64,000 bases of DNA from the human T2T-CHM13v2.0 reference genome, Homo sapiens: NCBI RefSeq assembly GCF_009914755.1, contig NC_060926.1. One strand, given 5' to 3'. The notes beneath the pieces are model-generated. The model was not told the DNA's origin, did no database searches, and saw nothing but the letters and a program-made list of their open reading frames with translations. The position numbers and the translations under genes are program-made. This document shows positions 57,341 to 64,000 of this stretch, one piece after another (position 1 is the first letter of the stretch; each line of letters starts with the position of its first letter).

Positions 57341-58570
57341 CCTAAACAAATTTAAATAAGTGGAATTCATGCAAAGTATTTTTAGTGACTATAATGAAAT
57401 TCTATTAATAATGAAAGATGAAAGAATTTTATCTCTGAGAGGGTGGTAACTTCACCTGCATTCTTCACAGATACATTCTTAGTGACTGGAATAGTGCCTA
57501 GAAGATAATAAGTCATTAATAAACATATGTTGAATGAAAAATTTTTTAGGTTTGGCCTGATTCCTCTATCTGTCTAATGTGCTTGCTTCTGCCTTCTGCC
57601 CTTCTACCGTGGGATCACCCCGAACAGATGCTGGCACTGTGCTCTTGGATTTCCTTATAAATTACCCAGTCAGTGGTATTCTGTTACCGCAGCAGTAAAC
57701 AGACTAAGAAACTGATGTAACAAATGCCCCCTAAATGTCAGTGCCTTAGCCCGCCAAAGTTTTAATTTGGATCCATGTCACGTATCCATCAGGAGTCAGC
57801 AGTGGCTGTACTATACCATGAAGTCTCACAGGAACTCAGGTTGCCATAACTGTCTTAAACATTTCAGAGTGTGGCTGCGCAAGTCACAGGGTCAAGCCTG
57901 CCATCAATGGGAAGGAGAAGTATTAATTATCCCCAGGGAGAGGTAAAAAATAATTTGAACAATAAAACAGTCTGAAACAAATGGAAAGTCATTCTTTGTT
58001 AAAGAAAATATACTATTCTCAGAGTAGATCTTAAAATTTAGATCTTTTAAAGCAAAGAAAAAATTCTTACATTTCTTGATGAGAGATCTCTAGCTCTGTG
58101 ACTTTCCTCCTGCTTCTACATACCCTGCAGTGCTTTGCACAGTTTTTTCCACATAGCACGTATTCATTCAAAACATGTGTCTTAAATTGGACTAATTTCA
58201 CATATCAGCTTATGGTAAGATATTGTGTTTAAAAATACATTCTGGGTGGAATACTTTTTTCCTTTCTCTCTCTGTCTTTATCTCCTTCCTTTCTTTCTTC
58301 TTTTCTTCCTTTTTAATTTTCTCCAAAATGAAAATACCTTCTAGAAGTCAGTAAGAAAAAGAGACAATTTACTTATACATGAAAATAAATAAGGCCATAG
58401 AGTTTACCTAAAATAAATTCAGAAGGTCAATAAAATTATAAAAGTATGCTTAACTAAATTGCCATTAAAGAAATCCAAAATCCAAAACAAAACAAATTAA
58501 GATAGTTTTCTCTATTTAAAGTTGTTGAAAAATTGAAAAATCTTGTAAGTCCAGTTCTAGTAAGAATCCA

Positions 58571-61235
58571 TGTTCTATTTGCTTAGAATTGTCTTGGCTA
58601 CATGGGTTCTTTTTTGGTTCCATATGAAACTTAAAGTAGTTTTTTCTAATTCTGTGAAGAAAGTCAGTGGCAGCTTGATGGGAATAACATTGAATCTATA
58701 AATTACTTTGGACAGAATGGCCATTTTCATGATATTCATTCTTCCTATCCATGAGCATGAAATGTTTTTCCATTTGTTTGTGTCCTCTCTTATTTGCTTG
58801 AGCAGTGGTTTGTAGTTCTCCTTGAAGAAGTCCTCCACATCCGTTGTAAGTTGTATTCCTACGTATTTTATTCTCTTGGTAGCAATTGTGAATGGGAGTG
58901 CACTCATGATTTGGCTCTCTGTCTATTATTGGTGTATAGAAATGCTTGTGATTTTTGGACATTAATTTTGTAACCTGAGACTTTGCTGAAGTTGCTTATC
59001 AGCTTAAGGATATTTTGGGCTGAGATGGTGGGGTATTCATAATAGACAATCATGTCATTTGCAAACAGAGACAATTTGACTTCCTCTCTTCCTATTTGAA
59101 TACCATTTATTTCTTTCTCTTGCCTGATTGCCCTGGCCAGAACTTCCAATACTATGTTGAATAAGAGTGGTGAGAGAGGGCATCCTTGTCTTGTGCCAGT
59201 TTTCAAAGGGAATGCTTCCAGCTTTTGCCCATTCAGTATACTGGCTGCGGGTTTGCCATAAGTAGCTCTTATTATTTTGAGATATGTTCCATCAATACTT
59301 ATTTTATTGAGCGTTTTTAGTATGAAGGGTGTTGAATTTTATCAAAGGCCTTTTCTGCATCTATTGAGATAATCATGTGGTTTTTGTAATTAGTTCTGTT
59401 TATGTGATGGATTATGTTTATTGATTTGCGTATATTGAACCAGGCTTGCAATCCCAGGGATGAAGCCAACTTGATTGTGGTAGATAAGCTTTTTGATGTG
59501 CTGCTGGATTTGGTTTGCCAGTATTTTATTGAGGCTTTTCACATCAATGTTCATCAGTGACACTGGCCTGAAATTTTCTTTTTTGTTGTTGTTGTATCTC
59601 AACCAGGTTTTGGTATCAGGATGATACTGGCCTCAAAAATGAGTTAGGGAGGATTCCCTCTTTTTCTATCATTTGGAATAGTTTCAGAAGGAATGGTACC
59701 AGCAACTCTTCATACCTCTGCTAGAATTCGGCTGTGAATCTGTCTGGTCCTGGGCTTTTGTTGGTTGGTAGGCTATTAGTTACTGCCAAGGTATAACATT
59801 ACCTGCCTTCAAACTATACTATGAGGCTACAGTAACCAAAACAGTGTGGTACTGGTACCAAATCAGATATATCAACCAAAGGAACAGGACAGAGGCCTCA
59901 GAAATAATGCCACACATCTACAACCACCTGATCTGTGACAAACCTCACAAAAACAAGCAATAGGATAAAGATTCCCTATTTAATAAATTGGGAAAACTGG
60001 CTAGCCATATGCAGAAAACTGAAATTGGACCCCTTCCTTACAAAATTTACAAAAATTTTACAAAATTTAACTCAAGATGGAGTAAAGACTGAAATCTAAG
60101 ACCTAAAATCATAAATACCCTAGAAGGAAACCTAGGCAATACCATTCGGCACAGAGGCATGGGCAAAGACTTCATGACTAAAACACCAAAAGCAATGGCA
60201 ACGAAAGCCAAAATTGACAAATGGATCTAATTTAACTAAAGAGCTTCTGCACAGCAAAAGAAACTATTATCAGAGTGAAAAGGCAACCTACAGAATGGGA
60301 GAAAATTTTTGCAATCTATCCATCTGACAAAGGGCTACTATCCAGAATCTACAAAGAACTTAATCAAATTTACAAGAAAAAAACTAAGCAACCCCATCAA
60401 AAAGTAGGCGAAGGATATGAACAGACACTTCTCAAAAGAAGACATTTATGCAGCCAACACACATGTGAAAAAAAGCTAATCAACACTGGTCATTAAAGAA
60501 ATGTAAATCAAAACCACAATGAGATACCATCACATGCCAGTTAGAATGGGATCATTAAAAAGTCATGAAACAACAGATGCTGGAGACGATGTGGAGAAAT
60601 AGGAATGCTTTTACACGGTTGGTGGGAATGTAAATTAGTTTAACCATTGTGGAAGACAGTCTGGCAATTCCTCAAGGATCTAGAATCAGAAATACCATTT
60701 GACACAGCAATCCCATTACTGGGCATATACTCAAAGGATTATAAATCATTTTACTATAAAGACACATGCACATGTATATTTACTGCAGCACTGTTCACAA
60801 TAGCAAAGACTTGGAACCAACCCAAATCCCCATCAACGATAGACTGGATAAAGAAAATGTGGCACATATACACCATGGAATACTATGCAGCCATGAAAAG
60901 GATGAGTTCATGTCCTTTGCAGGGACATGAATGAAGCTGGAAACCACCATTCTCAGCAAACTAACACAGGAATGGAAAACCAAACACCGTATGTTCTCAC
61001 TTAAAAGTGGAAGCTGAACAGTGAGAAAACATGGACACAGGGAGGGGAACATAACACATGGGGGCCTGTTGGGGGATGGGGGCTAGGGGAAGTATAGCAT
61101 TATGAGAAATACCTAATGTGGATGACAGGTTGATGGGTGCAGCAAACCACCACGGCACATGTGTACCTATGTAACAAACCTGCATGTTCTGCACATGTAT
61201 CCCAGAACTTAAAGTATAATAAAAAAGGAAAAAAA
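58571..61235 (+). mobile_element. L1PA7-type element with 5' inversion (antisense 58571-59787, sense 59790-61235)
   Basis: ORF2 RT peptides on the - strand; ORF2 C-terminus, 3'UTR and A-tail on the + strand. Confidence 0.95.
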
Positions 61236-61399
61236 TAGGGATAGTATTGATACTAAACTGTCTCATTTTATAAATCACTAATATTCATTAACAGCTTTAT
61301 GAAGTAATTGCTAAAAAACATATATCATCTCATCAAAAGATATAGTTACAATAAAATGCTATTTTTTGTGTTTAATAAAAAAAGAATACATAGAAGTAT

Positions 61400-61950
61400 G
61401 TACTGTTAATGGGAATATAAATTGCCATAGCCATTTTAGAAACTATTTTGGCAATATCTATAAAATATTTTTATACATCTATATTTTGATTCCGAGTTCC
61501 ATAGCTAGTAACGCAAGTGTACAATGTGGTTGACAAATTATCTCAGAATAAATGAACAAGTATATTCACTCTAGCACAGTCTGTAGAAACAAAAAACCAG
61601 GACAACCTAAATGTCCATAAAGAATATAACCTAGAAACGACCCAAATGACCGCCACTAGGGATACAACGGTAAAGTATACATTTATTTAGAAATACCTAT
61701 TACATTTCTATGTGCATATATGTAATGACTTATAAGATATATTAAACTATATCTTATATTGAAAAAACAGTGAATATACAAACACACATATATACGGTGG
61801 CATATGTGTAGAATTATTTTCTGGATATACATACAAGAAGTATTGGCAACAATGGTTATCTCTGGAGATGGGAAATGAGACAAGATTTTTAGTTCTTATT
61901 TGTATAATTCTTTTGTTTGAATTTTCAAAGTGTTACTTTGATTTTAAAAA
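61400..61950 (+). mobile_element. Old L1ME 3' fragment
   Basis: ggaatataaattgccatagccatttt...gacaacctaaatgtcc...ggttatctctggagatggga. Confidence 0.6.
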
Positions 61951-62502
61951 TATCAGTGAGATTATATGTATGTGGGATATGTGGACCATTTTTGCGTCTT
62001 CTTTTCTCCATCTTTAAAAAATTAATAATTGTTATACATATGGAAAAGGTTTATTGTTTTGTCTGTTTAAAAACATGTTCTCATTTGTAAAAATAAACCA
62101 GGTAACAGAGAAAATAAAAACTATGAAAAAGAAAATAAAATTAGCATAGAATTCCACTTCTGAGACCATATCTTTTAAAAATACATAACATACAGAAGAA
62201 TAATCAGCATCAATCACAACTCAATCCTGTAGGTAAGAAATGATGACCATTATGTCCTTGAATATTACACACATTTGCTACCCCTAGGACACGTATGCAA
62301 AGATGGAATATGGGGTGGAGAGAGAGAGTGTGTTCAATATTATTAGATGACTTGGCACAAAATCCCTAAATCTAAGGCACAGGGTTGCCTTTACCAATGT
62401 TGTATGAGAAAGTTGCAAAAAGGAGCACTGCACTTATGGGTGATACTTAGGTGTGATAGAACCTGTGGTGACCAACCCTTTGAACTTATAAAAAACATGC
62501 TA

Positions 62503-64000
62503 GGAGAGTGGAGCCAAGATGGCTGAATAGGAACAGCTCCAGTCTACAGCTCCCAGTGTGAGCGACACAGAAGACGGGTGATGTCTGCATTTTCACCCGA
62601 GCTTTGAAGAGAGTAGTGACTCTCCCAGCACGCAGCTTGAGATCTGAGAACGGACAGACTGCCTCCTCAAGACGGTCCCTGACCCCCGAGTAGCCTCACT
62701 GGGGGGCACCCCCGAGTAGGGGCGGACTGACACATCACACGGCCCGGTACTCCTCTGAGACAAAACTTCCAGAGGAACGATCAGGCGGCAGCATTTGCAG
62801 TTCACCAATACCCACTGTTCTGTAGCCACTGCTGCTGATACCCAGGCAAACAGGGTCTGGAGTGGACCACCAGCAAACTCCAACAGACCTGCAGCTGAGG
62901 GTCCTGACTATTAGAAGGAAAACTAACAGAAAGGACATCCACACCAAAAACCCATCTGTACGTCACCATCATCAGAGACCAAAGGTAGATAAAACCACAA
63001 AGATGGGGAAAAAACAGAGCAGAAAAACTGGAAACTCTAAAAATCAGAGCACCTCTACTCCTCTAAAGGAACACAACTCCTCACCAGCAACGGAACAAAG
63101 CTGGACGGAGAAGGACTTTGACGAGTTGAGAGAGGAAGGCTTCAGAAGATCAAACTACTCCGAGCTAAAGGAGGAAGTTCGAACCAATGGCAAAGAAGTT
63201 AAAAACTTTGAAAAAAAAATGAGACGAAGGGATAACTAGAATAATCAATGCAGAGAAGTCCTTAAAGGACCTGACGGAGCTGAAAACCACGGCGCAAGAA
63301 CTACGTGACGAATGCACAAGCCTCAGTAACTGATGCGATCAACTTGAAGAAAGGGTATCAGCGATGGAAGATGAAATGAAGTGTGAAGAGAAGTTTAGAG
63401 AAAAAAAGAATAAAAAGAAATGAACAAAGCCTCCAATAAATATGGGACTATGTGAAAAGACCAAATTTACGTCTGACTGGTGTACCTGAAAGTGACGGGG
63501 AGAATGGAACCAAGTTGGAAAACACCCTGCAGGATATTATCCAGGAGAACTTCCCCAATCTAGCAAGGCAGGCCAATGTTCAAATTCAGGAAATACAGAG
63601 AATGCCACAGAGATACTCCTCGAGAAGAGCAACTCCAAGACATGTAATTGTCAGATTCACCAAAGTTGAAATGAAGGAAAAAATGTTAAGGGCAGCCAGA
63701 GAGAAAGGTCGGTTTACCCACAAAGGGAAGCCCATCAGACTAACAACGGATCTCTCAGTAGAAACTCTACAAGCCAGAAGACAGTGGGGGCCAATATTCA
63801 ACATTCTTAAAGAAAAGAATTTTCAACCCAGAATTTCATATCCAGCCATACTAAGCTTCATAAGTGAAGGAGAAATAAAATACTTTACAGACAAGCAAAT
63901 GCTGAGAGATTTTGTCACCACCAGGCCTGCCTTACAAGAGCTCCTGAAGGAAGCACTAAACATGGAAAGGAACAACCGGTACCAGCCACTGCAAAAACAT
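62503..64000 (+). mobile_element. 5' end of an L1PA4/5-type LINE-1 with spliced 5'UTR; disrupted ORF1 from ATG 63003; continues off window
   Basis: ggagccaagatggctgaatagg (YY1 site) start; MGKKQSRK ORF1; frameshift in the A-run near 63211-63219. Confidence 0.97.

Larger units (their letters stand above)
56155..57711 (+). mobile_element. MSTD-like MaLR LTR split into 56155-56345 and 57549-57711
   Basis: Halves are consecutive in the consensus (...gataaaaggacaactttg | gtttggcc...). Confidence 0.75.

Overview
AT-rich, CpG-poor primate (catarrhine) genomic DNA, not prokaryotic. It is dominated by interspersed repeats: L1PA/L1MA/old L1M, Alu, ERV1 and MaLR LTRs, MER2B/MER5, MIR/L2 and microsatellites. 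I found no intact protein-coding gene, RNA gene or CRISPR array. The longer ORF-track entries are L1 ORF1/ORF2 fragments, Alu read-through or low-complexity sequence. The main hidden structure is a decayed multi-exon gene on the minus strand, running from about 38.7 kb off the left edge of the window and missed by the ORF track. Its short exons have GT-AG sites that join in compatible phase into a protein-like sequence I do not recognise, interrupted by nonsense codons that are mostly one C>T change from Arg or Gln. This fits an unprocessed, possibly unitary, pseudogene. Other notable items: an L1PA4/5-type element copied from a spliced RNA (SpIRE-type 5'UTR junction at 62601/62602), three twin-primed (5'-inverted) L1 insertions, a probable ancient L1 3' transduction nested in an MST LTR, and perfect hairpins. 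Repeat subfamily names are from recalled consensus features and need RepeatMasker/Dfam confirmation. All exon calls were made by eye.
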